From Azolla caroliniana (taxonomy: Eukaryota; Plantae; Polypodiophyta): a stretch of DNA of 64,000 nucleotides. The stretch is from positions 2,542,001 through 2,606,000 of the forward strand of contig JBHGNT010000002.1 in assembly GCA_043228905.1 (NCBI GenBank). Direction: 5' to 3'. The stretch's first letter is position 1. The number at the start of each line of letters is the position of its first letter. Positions 48,624 through 62,079 of the stretch are shown piece after piece. Below the pieces are notes generated by a model, which saw only the letters and a program-made list of their open reading frames with translations, ran no database searches and was not told where the DNA came from. The position numbers were made by a program, and so were the translations under genes.

Positions 48624-50899
48624 AGTGGTTTCGATTTGTTGGTCACACCAGGAGCCGAGAAAGTGCACACAAAGACCAATGAACCACCGCGTCGTTCCAC
48701 CCGAGAAAAGAATGTAGTCAGCCAATTCAGTTACAATAACTATGTGGCATATCAATACGTTGTTATGATGAAAGTGGCGATAGTTCGAGGGCCGGAAACA
48801 TTTTTCGAAGCCATCAAGGACCTGTGATGGGTCGAAGCGATGAATGTGGACATGCAAGTGCTCTCCAAAAATAAAACCTAGAATCTCGTTCCTTCTTCAC
48901 CCTACCAAAAGGCGATTGGTTGTCGGTGGATGGATATTCAAGGTGAAGCACAATGCCGACGGCATCGTCAATCGATTTAAGGCTTGGCTTGTGGCCAAAG
49001 GATATGCACAGACACACGGGATCGATTACAAAGAGACCTTTGCCCTAGTGGCGAAGATGACTACCATTCGAACCGTGATCGCGCTTGCAGCAGCAAAATG
49101 GTGGCACGTCCACCAAATGGATGTGAAGAATGCCTTTCTACAAGGAGAACTAGACGACGAGGTGTACATGGTGCAACCACCTGGTTTCGAGTCGAGTACG
49201 CATCCGACTGTTGTCTGCCGACTCAAAAAACCTCTCTACGGTCTCAAGCAAGCACCAAGAGCATGGCACTCAAAGATAACCCAATATCTTCACCAAATCA
49301 GCTTTCAAATGTCCACGTCTGATAATTCTATGTTCTTCCGAATCGATTCCAGAGGATAGCTGATCATTATAATTTATGTAGACGACTTGGTCATTGGAGG
49401 AGAGCACCTTGAGGTCATCAAACATACCAAAAGATTGTAACTCTCCGGCCGATTCGAAATGACTGATATGAAGGAGCTCCATTACTTTCTAGGAATAGAG
49501 GTAATTTGGACCCTCGACGACATCCTGATCTCCCAAAGACATTACATTCTCAATCTTCTGTTGAAATTTGGGATGACAGAGTGTAAGCTTGTGGCTACCC
49601 CTCTCGATCGTAATCAAAAGCTTGATGTCGATTCTGGAACTTTTGAATGCGAGTCAACCTAGTATTGTCAACTGTTCGGCAGTTTAATTTACCTCACCAT
49701 TACTTGGACCCACCTCAGTTACCCGGTCGACCTCCTTAGCCAATTTATACAAACACCTCAAAACATTCATCTGGACTGTGCTAAGGGAGTGTTACGCTAT
49801 GTGAGTGGGATGATGGATTTTGGTATTCTTTACAATTCGAGAACTTCGATTCAACTCGAAGGATATACCGATGTTGATTGGGCCGGTTATAAAGCAAATA
49901 GACGATTGACGTCCGGGTTCGTATTCGTATTCAAACTCAATAACGGAGCTATTGCGTGGATCAATAAGGAGTCGACAGTCGCAATGTCGAGCACCGAGGC
50001 CAAATACAGGGGTACAACCATCGCTGCATGTGAAGCCGTTTGGCTCAAACGAATCATGAAGGATATGGGTGTTCCTATGAAGGGTTCGATTCACTTGTAT
50101 TGCGATAACATAAGCCACATCCACTTGGCCCATAACCCAAATTTCCATGCTCGGATCAAGCACATTGAGGTGCACCACCACTTTATAAGAGAACGTGTCT
50201 TTGCTGGAGATATCAACCTACAATATATTAGCACAAGTCTATAGACGGCCGACATCTTCACAAAAGCCGAGGGCATTGACAAGCTACGGCAATTCGCAAC
50301 GAATCTCGGTCTCTCAATCACCGGCTAGCTACGCTTGAGGGGGAGTATGACAGACTAGAACAATCATGATTAACTGACCAGCCAATCGAAGCCAATTCAG
50401 TCGAGCACATTTGTATGTACAAAGTGTTATTTTTTTAATTGAGTTTTAATCTTCTGCGCTCTCTGTGTCTCTCCCGCGTATTGTGCTATTCTTTCCATTG
50501 TTCTCTGGTCTCTGTGTTTTCTGTTGGTATCCGGCTGAACCGGTTCTATTATGTTTAGCTTCTGCACTTGAATCTTTATAGATTGGTCATTTCAAATGAA
50601 ACGAGAAGACAAAAAATACTTGTGCATACACATTAAACAACTTTTTCATGTGTCACCACATTCCATCTGACACTAAGAATGAGTGTTTAACTTAAGGAGA
50701 AGATGCTTAATTGGGCCACCTCATAATGCATGATCTAGTGATGAATGTAAGGCAACAAAAGACAAGCTTAAGTAAGGCCACTCCGAAATCAAGTAATGTA
50801 TGGAACAATGTAACAAACATCATACAAAATCCTCGAAAGGAGAAATACAGACAATGTGAATTTGAAAAAGAGACTTAAGTGATTATTTAACATACAATG

Positions 50900-51190
50900 G
50901 ACTAGCTATACGTGAAGATTGAAAAACCAAAGACCAATGTGTGTGTTGTAACTAATCACATGGAAAGCAAGAAAATAGATTCAGAAGACACTAAAGATTT
51001 TTTTTGGATGAAATATATGAAGAAATGGTTTGGAAAATGGGATGAATTGCATTTGCTTCGCCGTGCCTCAATAGTTTTCTTTGTGAATGAGGATTTTTGC
51101 AATGCCATAGAACTAGAATCCAATAAAGATGTGAGAATTCATGTTTCACACATTATATTACATGTGATCCACCAAACTGTAGTACCTTCT
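50900..51190 (+). mobile_element. Possible decayed hAT transposase fragment
   Basis: KWDELHLLRRASIVFFVNEDF loosely resembles the hAT motif RWxxLHxPLHAAAxFLNPxF; weak. Confidence 0.3.
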
Positions 51191-53964
51191 TGATAAGGCA
51201 AGGAAAGTGCATTCATTGATATGTGTTAGATCCCATCGCTTTTGTTTGCCATCAACACCATTGCCTTATACAACTTAGCCCACACTTTCTTTGATAAGAG
51301 ACCTAGCGTTGGGCCACAAGCAAAGACATTAATAAACTGTGCATATTTGCCCTTTAACATGTTCAAGAGTCTGAGTATTGCGATTTGATTCAACGAGCTA
51401 CCTTTGACCACATTCGAGTTTTCTTTCTGCATTTCACTCCCTTCACACTTCTCTTATAGTGACAATGTGGACTCTCAATTGCGACGTTCATTAGTAAAAT
51501 TCATGAAGGTTAATATCAATTTCCGACACACTTTCTAAATAAAATCACTTTTGATTATATAAGACATATTTGACCTCCAAGGATGATGATAAAATATGTT
51601 TCTCTCTCTTTCTCTCTATTATGTGTTTGTGTGCCATAGGCCATATTTGATCTTTCTCCGAAAACAATGATAAAGTCTATCCATGTACATATTGTCGCTT
51701 CATTTTCAGAGGATGCAATATCTCACTTGTCTTCATAGTAAATTTTTTCATAGTAAATTTTTTCATTTTCAGAGGATGCAATATCTCGCTTGTACATATA
51801 TTTTTAACTCTTTGTAGTTTTTGTCTCCTTCCTCAATTAGCACTCACTCTAGCTCATCTATGGATCCTTCCACTATTTGCACTACTTTACTAGATGTCAA
51901 TGTAGAATGTAGGGGGTTTAAAGCATGGCCAATTCTTTAAAAGATTACACTTTTTCTATACACCACTAGTTCGTTTTATGATTTTTGGCATTTAATTTTG
52001 CAATTCATACCCTCCCAATCACCATACGAAGTTGTAGTGATTGAACCCAACATGAATCAACGTGTTGCATTCTCCCATCACAACTTCTACCTTCAACAAC
52101 CCTGACTCGATAAATGACCTATATCATGGAGTATATAGAATGTTCCACGTACATCATTCAATGAAATGGGCTATATATGGAGGATATAATAAAACAAGAA
52201 AACGAGATCATTGTTTGTCTTTCAATTATCATGATGCATCATACCATCCACTCTATCCACCGCCACAATACATGATTCCTACTTTATAGTGTTTGGATAA
52301 CTCCTTTCAAATGAAACTATCATGCATTAGTGCCATTTGTTTACAAATATTTGGTTTGATTACAAGTTACAAGTTACAACTATATATATTGTATGGACTC
52401 TGGAGCAATGAATGTGGTTGATGTGACTACAACCTATTTTAATTGTCTATAGAAACATGTGTGCTCAATGCTACCTAATTGTACCTTCAATGAGTTGATG
52501 CTAACAATTAAAATCCATCATATCCCAAAAACATTGTCAAATTAGCATGAAGAGTGTCATGATTCATGTCTAGCCGACAATTATTGCTTTAGTTGTAGTA
52601 GCACTATGATGTAGTCTTAAGAGAATGGAAATAACATTCTATTCACCTTTAAAGCTTTTGTACTCGAAATTTATGGACATGAAAGTTTGTGTCTACAACA
52701 CTCAATGGCCTATCATGATTCATGACTCCTTGACGCTCGTCTTGTGCTTGATTCAATAAAGTGGTTAGAATATAAATGTTGTTTTTTATTCATCATTTGG
52801 AAGTTGGCATAGTGTTGGTGGTATGATTTTTCTTCAAAGGGTTCAACATTGTGGTGTGAGTAAAAAACAACTTCTTTAACTTTTGTGTTAACATTCACAA
52901 ACATATAATGAGAATATCTCCAAGTTGTTGTAGGTTTCAATGGTAGGACATAATCCAATGGCATGTTTCATAGATAAATAAGAACACAATTACTCTTGTT
53001 GACTTTGGAAGATGTGAATTGTGTAATTCTCAGAGGACTCGAGTGAATGAGAAATATCAAAATAATTGACCAAGCTTGTGAGGAGAATAGAAATTATTAA
53101 AAAAGTTGTAACTTCAATCGAAGGAAATTCTGAATTTGCATTCTTGCCTTTATCTATGGATGTCACACATAGAAGGCAACATGAAGTTAAGCGCAAACAT
53201 ATACCACAAATGTATGTTTTTATTAACTTGTAAAGGATCAAAATTTCTATCTATCCCTTGGCCTTCCAATTATACTCATGTAAGAATTTGTTGAATGCAC
53301 ACATTTTGTGATGCTAAAACAATTGGCAAATTGTATCTTCATTATATGATGGTCTAAGTTGCATCCACGTGTTTAATCTCACACATTGTATGTGTTCAGT
53401 CTAATATCGTTTTATGTATATTAGTGTCTAACTGTCTCCAAACTTGCATTTTGTTTCAAAGTATCCGTTAATTGATGTGAGCCTAACTCAACAATAAGAG
53501 TATGTTTATTGTTGTGTATTCATCTAATTGAAATCAATCTAAATAGTTAATAATTGTGTTATATTTAAGGTACATTGGGCTTCAAAGTCAACATTTAAGA
53601 ATTTTACTAAGAAAGTGGCCAACAATCAATTAGAGAAGTAAAGGTTGGATTTCGGCTTATCTTTTGGACTTAGAAGAAACTACAAATATTTGAATTGATT
53701 GTGCTTTCTTAGTCTCACAAAATTGAATTGTACACATTTTTGGATTGTTACCTTTTTTGCTAGGTCATTTCACACACTTATAAATGTGTGTTGACAATTC
53801 ATATATCATAACTTAGTAGATAGGTGTTCACGTGCTCCACAAGTTTATATCCAACATGTTATTACACAATATATCAAATAACTTTCACTCTTTACTTCAT
53901 TTACCCACTTTTATGTTAACATGGAAATATTTTCAACATCTCCAATGTGAGATAAGCTATTCTT

Positions 53965-54868
53965 TTTTTTTTTTTCTTTTTTCTTTTTCCAAAAAAAAAA
54001 CTCCTTCCATTAGTTATAAAATTTTACAAATGAGGCGATTATGTACAAATCCCTAAAGGGACGCGATAGTTCCATCTAATGTGGAAGCCCACAGACTCAA
54101 GAAAGGGAGAGGACGACCATTGTTGGATGAAGGCTATGCGTTGTCTTTCAACTCCCTCGGAGCCACCTTTAAGGCCATCATATTGGCTCTTCAGAGTGGC
54201 TACAACTTCACTCCATATCTCTTGCAGTAACCTTGTTGGATGGGTGGTTTGGTTGGAGAAGACTCGCCTACATCGTTGTTTCCATAGAATCCAAAGGGTT
54301 ATTGGGCTGACCAAATCCACCACCTCTTGAGCTTTGTCATTAAGAGGAAAATAGTGGACATTGTTGCTGGAGGAGAAAAGAACCGCTTGTGCTTTTATCA
54401 CCAAAGTCATCCCCTCCTCCTGATGCTCGTATCGGCCAATTGCAGCCTGCCATGATAGCCAACATATATTTCCCCACTTGATTGAACCTTGCACCTGGCA
54501 TAACTGCAACAAGCGGCCAACCCCCCGCCATGTTCTATGGGACGTTGGGCAGTCCCACAGAGCGTGTCGTATGGATTCTACTGAATGTGGGCACTCTACA
54601 CAATTAGGAGAGTTAAGGTTCCCACGTTGCCATGCTCCCACCGGTAGGGATTTATGTATTAACAACCATTGGAAAGTGGTAATTCGCCTCGCGTGTTGTT
54701 GCTTCCAGATTTTCTGCCAAAACTTGGTGATTATTGCGGAGGGAACTTGAAATGTGCGCCAGACCTTTGCAGCAGCCGGTTCTCGGGCGGCTTGAGCAGC
54801 TAGAATGTGGCGACCCAATCTAGTTGTGAATTGGAAGAAAGGGATGGGTTTGCTTCCTTGCCCCGGCT
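53965..54868 (-). mobile_element. 5'-truncated L1-type LINE (C-terminal zf-RVT region of ORF2), young
   Basis: Open frame FWQKIWK..FQWLLIHKSLPV..CVECPHSVESIRHALWDC..LWILWKQRCRRVF; A-rich tail; perfect 17-bp TSD TGAGATAAGCTATTCTT at 53948-53964 and 54869-54885. Confidence 0.93.
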
Positions 54869-55871
54869 TGAGATAAGCTATTCTTGATGCAAAGAGATAA
54901 AATTTATGATAATAGTGATGACCACAGATATGAAAGCTTGTGTTCCAATTCACGCATTGTTTTAATCTATCATTATAATACACAACGTATGTGTATATTT
55001 TCACCAAGACCTTAATGACAAACAACATTAGTTAATTATTTTTCTACCACGCACCACTTAAGACATGATGTAGATAATGGTAGAAACATCAACTCCGTTC
55101 TAAACTTCCTTCAAATGACACTTTGTTGTTGATTTCAATTTTTATTGTGGGAAATTCATTACTCAACTATTGCTATCTTATATTTTCTTAATACCATGAT
55201 AACCACACATATATCACATATATGATTGACACTCGTATCCATATGTGGATACTCTCGCAAATAAGATTTTGGAAGGTTTTAGAAGATCCTCTTGCCTAAT
55301 TATCCTATATATCATAAGCATGGAGGAGGGTTTTGAAAGTGTGATTTTTTATGAAAGTGAGAAAGTACATACATCAAAATGAGGTGGAGCCATAAGGGTT
55401 TTGAACCAATAGAGATGACATGTCAAAGATCTTGAACAACTAAGTTAGCAAGAATTGTTGAAATCCAAGAGTCATTCAAGTTAGAGTTGGACGATTTGTT
55501 AGATCATGGTGATTGGTCAATGTTGGACTTTAAGTGTAAGTTCAAGTTTGTCAGTAAGTTTAGTTAGATGAAAACTCAATGTTTTGGTGACAAATAGAAG
55601 TTTGATGATAAGTTGAAGTGGACACCAAGTCAAAGTTTTGAGAACAATAGAATCTGTAGAAGTTTGAGAACAAGCCAAAATTTTGATGGCAAGTAGATCT
55701 TGAATTGTGTAATTATTTACCAATCATTCAAATTTATTTTCTCACCCACAAAGTACGATAAGTAGTGTCAAGCACGAAGGAATTTATGGATTCCATTAAA
55801 AATGAAAAGATTAAAGAACTTTAAACTATCATCGATCGTTGGCTAGAGTACAACAATACTTAAACACTCTT

Positions 55872-57590
55872 TGTCATACAATTCAAAATTTGATTCCTCA
55901 TATTGATCTCAACGTGTCTTCTCTCCTTCCAAAGACCATCCCGTTGTCGTGGAAATCCGCAGCTTGCGGCTCGGCTCGGGCAAGACCACTGGGGTCTTGG
56001 ACTAAGGAGCTTTGAGAACAAGCACCTCTAAGGTTGCAATGTCCTAACCGGCTCAGTTGTTGGAGACCTTTAGGGAGCACACGGGCTTGTAAGACCTGTA
56101 TTGGATCCGGTATGGTCGACGGATTCCAAAACCTGAGCAACCAAGTTCTCACACACGATGAGTGAATGCATCACGAGGAGGGGGGAATTGACGCCCCCCC
56201 TGGAAAAACGACAAATAAGACGCGGATATGGACACAACACAAGATAGGAGCAAAGAACACAAAAAAATCCGGATAAAACAAACCCAATATTTGATTAAAC
56301 AGAGAAAGAATACAAAGAATGACCTGCTGGCCAGGAATAGAGCTTTGAGCTTAACAAAAATGCACTGATTGGTGAGCCTCTGGTCGGGAGCACACGGGCT
56401 TCCTATGCGAGCAGAGGCCTCACACCTTCCTATCCGAACAGAGCAAAATAGAACAGAAAACTGATAACACTCGACAACGCAACTGACACCATTTTCCCCT
56501 CCAACAAAAAATGATGGATCCCGTAAGTCTCCCTCCCCCGCCTTTTATAGTTCAAGGAGGGTCGGTTACATCAACATTCATGACAACCGCTTCTGTCAAC
56601 GATTCTCTCCCCCGATTTCCTTCCATCACATCCTATTATTCCCCTCTTTTTGTGGGATAATAAAGTACCTATTTAAATCACACAGTTTCACACTTATTAT
56701 ACTTCGCTTTATTTACATTTGTTTATACAAAGGGCCTCTCATGCGCGAATGTGAAAATCCCCGTTCACACGCATCTAACGACTTATCCTCTAGTCGTCGG
56801 AATCCCCCACGACATCCACCCCCACCAAACCGCACATCCTCCAGCATGTGCCAAATAGTGAAGTAGTGGAGATTTCAGTTTAGCCATTACTTGTCCACCT
56901 CCGAATAGTCACCAATTCGGTTCTCGTCCGGCTCCTCGTCTACGTTGGCATCTTTGTCCTCTACCTCTGGATCTGGTTCCGCCTCGTGTCGTTTCTTGAA
57001 AGCCTTGATCCACTTCCCTACAACTGGTACCGTTATCCTCATCATGTCGAGCTCCGCAAGGTGATATGTGGCATTGTCGTTGGCGTTCATCACCACCATG
57101 TTGCGAACTTGCGCTCCGATCGGTGCTGGTTGTCAGGGCTACTATCGTAGACCAACACCCAATCACCTTATTCTATCCTCCTCGGCCGCAATCCGTGCGT
57201 CTGGTCAAACTGTCCCTTGTTCTTCAGTCGCGCTTCTTTTATCTTCGCCTTCGCTCATTCCACGTCCTCTGGTCGCTTCTTGAGTTGTCGAATCCGTGCG
57301 GCCAACAACTCCTCCCAACTAATCTCGTTCGTCTAGTCGACCTCCATCCACAAAGTAATTGTCCTCTCCACCCGCATGATCGACTTTTGTTCGAACATGA
57401 GCTCGGCCGGCATGTGCCCTGTCACCGAACTGTGCGTAGTTCGGTCGATCCATAACGTTGTCGTGAAGATTCACGACCATAGTGAGAAAACCGGGCCTAT
57501 TGGGAATATCGGCAGGGTGCGGCGTGAGCACTCACCCTTGTATACCCGTGTAAGATAATGAGGCGCCTTTATGGCACCGAATAAGAGTTT
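55872..57590 (-). mobile_element. Ty3/Gypsy 3' end: integrase C-terminal fragments, PPT (56815-56826) and 3' LTR (55872-56814)
   Basis: NANDNATYHLAELD...GKWIKAFKKR peptide; purine-rich GGTGGGGGTGGA abutting TGTCGTGG...GTATGACA. Confidence 0.75.
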
Positions 57591-57591
57591 A

Positions 57592-58295
57592 TGTTGGGAC
57601 AAAGAATCCCATGTAATATGGGATTTATCCCACATTGTTATGCACCTCCCTCCTTGTGCTATAAAAGGAAGGGAGTTTCCCTTGTAAAAGGGTTACCCAT
57701 TTTGAGTTAATAGGGTATACCACTTAGGTCTAAAGTAAGGTAGCTTTTCTCTTCTTTCTCTTTCTTTCTTTCTTCCTTACTTTCTTTAGGGTTTCATCTA
57801 GGTCTTCTTCTTTGTCATCATGTGGGTTGCGTCTTCGTGTATGTTTAGGGTTTAGTCCGGTTAAGAGCTTGTATGTCCTGTGGGGTTTTTGCTTTTGCCC
57901 GGTATCTTGTGCAAGACCTCGCTCGACGCGACGAGCCTGAGAGCTCCCCGATCGGTGGCTTGGCAACAGACTGTTGTTGTAACCTAACCTACCTTGGTCC
58001 GGTTCAAGGCCGGAGTTGTATCTTGCTCTTGTATATATATATATAGTGAAGTTCTGTGCATCTGTGTCTGTATCGATGTCTTTGGATTTCCTTCTTTCTA
58101 GTTTCTGTACATAAGATGCGTGTGTCTAGTCAGTGTTGTGTGCGTGTCCTTTTTCCCTCTCTCATACGGTTGCTCCTCATACGTATCCGAAAACGCTCTG
58201 GTTGGTGTCTTGGCTGGTCGTGGGAAACAGTGAAGCTTGACCTTCCATACTCCATCTCTCTCTGGTCCAAGACCCCTATGGTCCCGCCCCTAACA
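57592..58295 (+). repeat. LTR-like segment (TGTTGGG...CCCCTAACA) without matching TSD
   Basis: TG...CA ends with a short inverted repeat, TATAAAAGG at ~57660 and a CT-rich tract; the flanks GTTTA and TGTGT differ. Confidence 0.65.
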
Positions 58296-59375
58296 TGTGT
58301 GCGTGGATTACCGTGGCATCTTTGGTGAACCCGACGTGAAGGGGCGGCAAGGGAGGATGGAGTTGGAAGACGAAGACTTCGTGGAGATGGTGGCCGAAGT
58401 GGTGATGGAGTTAGGATGAGTGACTATGAGGCAAGAAGCGGCGTCGAAAGAGTCGACCGTTTTAACGGGGACAGAGTCCCATTCTACTTGGAAGCCTACA
58501 ACGTTGAAATGGAGGTGCAAGACGTTGAGGTTGGAGTTCTTATGTCGGGTCGTCGCCGTCCGTATGCACGTGGAAGTAAAGGAGCTCTGAGAAGCTCATA
58601 GTTCGTGGGAGGCCTTCGAAGAGGCGCTCCTGCAGGGATACAGAGGACGACCGAAGAGCCAGGGACGACGCAATTTCGACCAGTGGGTTGCATCGACGAA
58701 GACCCACCCGGGCGCAACGAAGGCATTCCGAGAGTTCAAGCAGTGGCTTGCTCGGCTCCTGGAGCGGGAACAAAGTCTGGTGGGGGTGGACAAAGTCCTG
58801 TTGTTCGTTAAGTCGATCGACTGAGCGGAACGGGAGTCCATCGGAATTGAGCTCGAAGATGACGACGGAGAAAATGGCCTTACCGAGGACTGGTCGGAAG
58901 TCGAATGAGTATGCCGACGGTTGGATGAGGAGCGGTCCACGAAAGGTAAAGGGAAGGTAATGCACGACGATGCGTCATCACAACAAGGAGCGGGCACACA
59001 ACAAGAAGGATCGGCGAAGCTTGATGTCGAGGCCCTAGTCCGAGAAGCGTACGAGGCTCTGAAGGCGATGGTTGACGAAGAAGAGAGATCCACACGCGGA
59101 CGGATTCCGGAAACTCAGAGCTAGTCAGCCCTCCGGACAAGGCGGACATGGCCCAAGCAGAGGTTGAAGAATGGTACCACGGTACCATGGGAGAGGGTGT
59201 GGAGCAAGATGCCCTCTCGACTTGCGGAGAAAGACCGGTCGAGGAGGAGGTTGAGAGCGGAGAAGAGCCCTCCATGCGAATTCCGGAGACTCCGACAATC
59301 GAGCCCATGTGCCCACATAAGATCGGAGAGATGGAAAGCATCAGCGAGGAGCATGCCGAATTGTCTGCATCGGAG
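58296..59375 (+). mobile_element. LTR retrotransposon 5' internal region (probably Gypsy): residual LTR end, tRNA-Trp PBS (58323-58340), disrupted gag
   Basis: TGGTGAACCCGACGTGAA is complementary to the 3' end of plant cytosolic tRNA-Trp; the gag-like peptide RFNGDRVPFYLEAYNVEM follows. Confidence 0.7.
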
Positions 59376-60510
59376 ACGTGTGTTTGATGACATCAACCGG
59401 GTGTAGATTGGTATTGAAGGATGTGCGACACATTCCGGAGGTAAGATTGAATCTGATATCAGGCGGTCAGCTAGATGATGAAGGCTACACGAGTAGCTTT
59501 CGGAATGACATTCTGAAGTTTTGCAAGGGAAACCTAATCGTGACCCGAGCTTGGAAGACAAACACATTGTATTTGATGCCTGCTCGATTATGCCAGGAAA
59601 AAGCAAATGTTGTAGCTGGCACACCTGGTGAATTGTGGCACAATAGGCTATGTCACATGAGTGAGAAGGGGATGTAGAAGCTTGCCGAGAATCACCTCAT
59701 TCCGGAGATGAAGACCGTGCAACTTGATAAGCGCACCGATGGCTTAGCCGACAAGCAGAACAGAACCTCCTTCCGATCTAGGCCCCCGATGAGGAAGAAG
59801 ATGCCACTTGAACTTGTGCATATGGATGTCTGTTACGTAGATACAAAGTCTCATGTTGGTTCATAGTATTTCGTGACCTTCATAGATGACTATGACTGGA
59901 AGTGGGTTTCTGTATTGAGGACCAAAGAGCAAGTGTTGTCAGTCTTCAAGGAGTTCTACGCGAGAGCCGATTGAGAAACCGGCCGGAAGTTGAAAGCGGT
60001 TCGAGTGGATAACGGAGGAGAATACTGAGGGCAGTTCAAGGAGTACCGTTGGTCGAAGGGAATCTGACTAAAATACACCGTACGGAAGACACTAGAGTTG
60101 AATGGGTTGGCCGAATGAATGAACTAGACCATCATAGAGAGAGTCCGAAGCATGCTTGCACATGCAAAACTGTCCAAGGCATTTTGGGATGAGGCGCTGA
60201 TGACAACAGTTTATGTGATAAATAGATCACCTTAGTACCCTTGGACGGAGATATTCCACAAAGGGTGTGGACCGACAAAGACGTCTTGTACCGGCATCTG
60301 AGGGTGTTCGGTTGTCTTGCCTATGTGCATGTTGCAAAGGACCAAAGGCGGAAACTTGACCCGAAAACTTGGCCATGCATATTCCTGGGATACGATGACG
60401 AGGAGTTTGGTTACTGGCTATGGGACTTGGACGAGAAGAAAGTGATCTGGAGTCGAGACATTGTCTTTATGGAAGAAAAGACAATTGCCGACTGGGAGAA
60501 GGAGAAGTCG
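59376..60510 (+). mobile_element. Ty1/copia pol fragment (end of protease, gag-pre-integrase, integrase), with many stops
   Basis: LVLKDVRHIPEVRLNLIS, LWHNRLCHMSEKGM, LELVHMDV, TFIDDY, DNGGEY, LRVFGCLAYVHVAKDQRRKLDPK..CIFLGY. Confidence 0.9.
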
Positions 60511-61426
60511 AATACATCAATTGTCAAATTTCCACATGAATTTATTAATATAATTGTGTGCTTTTTCCAAAGGGAAAAACATAGAGATTTTTTCTTTTTT
60601 CAAATGTTGAAATGTCAATTCAATAGAATTGAGTGTCAATATGTACAAAAAGTACATGTGCTCATCAATGTCAAAAATCAGGGCATCTAAATAATAAATA
60701 AGTGAAGCAAAGGTATGAATAGTAGCAAGTATAAATGACGACTCTCTAATGGTGATACAAGACAAAGTGAGCTTGACCTCCGACATGTATCATATGAGAA
60801 TGTGAATTTTTGGATAAACTTGAAAGTGCAAGTGACAATGCAATTGATTGGATTTGAAAAGGAATAAAATGTAGTATGCATAACAATAGAAGTTTCTAGA
60901 TTTGGAGGAAATTGTTTGCCTTTGAAAAAGAATGAAAAACATTTTGCGTAATGAAAGAAAAGTTTGTAGATTAGGAGTGATACAAGACATTGTGTACACC
61001 TATAGTGGGTAGAATGATTTTGTTCTTTCTTGAATGCCATTTTCATATGCTACAATGTAAAAGAAAAAAGAAGTGTCATAATTATAGATCACAAATTATG
61101 TATGCAATAAAGAGCTCAATAAAATGTAAGGAAAGATGGGATATTCAAAATGTAAAACAACGAGAAATGTGTTAAAATTTTCTTTTCAAACATTGAAACT
61201 GAATTTTTGTGGTTGTCTTTCTCCAAGGTTTGTTTGTTATAAGGGGCACTTTAAGGAATATTGGATGAAAACTACAAAAGAATCACAAGAACAAAATTCT
61301 TTCATCTAGTTAGTTCGTTGACATAAAAAAATAGATTTAAAGACGAGGTGTGGAAGATCTCTTAGAGCTTTGAAGTGATATTATGAAGTATGTTGTTATT
61401 GAGGAAAGGTTAATGGAACTAGTAAG

Positions 61427-62022
61427 TAGCAATGGGCACGGTTTTGGCTCAAGCTGAACCGAACCGTTAAGCCATGGTTCCAAAAAAATTTAATGGTTTG
61501 GTTTGGTTTGGATTTTCGATCAACGGTTCAGTTTCGGTTTGGTTCGATTCTAGAACTCGGGTTTATAGGTTTATAGGTTTGGTTTAAAGGTTTATAGGTT
61601 TTTGGTTAACTTTTTTATTTTTTACCTTAATAGTTTATTGATTTAATGGTTTAATTAATGATTTTTATTGATTTAATTAATTTAACTTAAATGTTAATTT
61701 AATTTAATGGTTCAATTAAAGTTTCTTTTATTTATTTAATAGATTTAACTTGAGTACTTATTTAATTAAATGTATTTTTATTTATTTAGATATTTAATTA
61801 GTTTGACTTAAGTGGTTAGGTTAAATTTTTTTTATTAAATGGTTCGGTTTGGTTTCAACTTTTCCCTAAACGGTTTGGTTTAAACTTTTTTTAAAATGGT
61901 TTGGTTTAAATAGAGAGAGTTCATAAACGGTTTGGTTTGGTTTTTGTTTTCAATAAACGGTTCAGTTTCGGTTCGGCTCGGTTTTATTGCCTCAAAACCG
62001 AACCAGACTGTGCTCATTGCTA
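61427..62022. mobile_element. hAT-type MITE
   Basis: TIR TAGCAATGGGCACGG / CTGTGCTCATTGCTA, perfect 8-bp TSD CTAGTAAG (61419-61426, 62023-62030), CGGTTT subterminal repeats and an AT-rich core. Confidence 0.92.
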
Positions 62023-62079
62023 CTAGTAAGGAAGAAATGGAAAAGAAGAATAATAATATTACATTGCAAACATCAACCT

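Larger units (their letters stand above)
45266..50575 (+). mobile_element. Ty1/copia LTR retrotransposon, defective: 5' LTR, PBS, gag-PR-INT-RT-RNaseH with stops and deletions, no 3' LTR
   Basis: gag (45898-46338), WFVDSGASNHM, HSDVWGP, QQNGVAERKNRHILE, RFKAWLVAKGYAQTHGIDY, QMDVKNAFLQG, LYGLKQAPRAW, YVDDL, YCDN..HNPNFHARIKHIEVHHHFIRE; copia domain order. Confidence 0.95.

Noticed and set aside
58300-58320. CVDYRG as a Gypsy reverse transcriptase motif
   Set aside because: Only six residues with no flanking RT homology; the position just before the PBS fits an LTR end.
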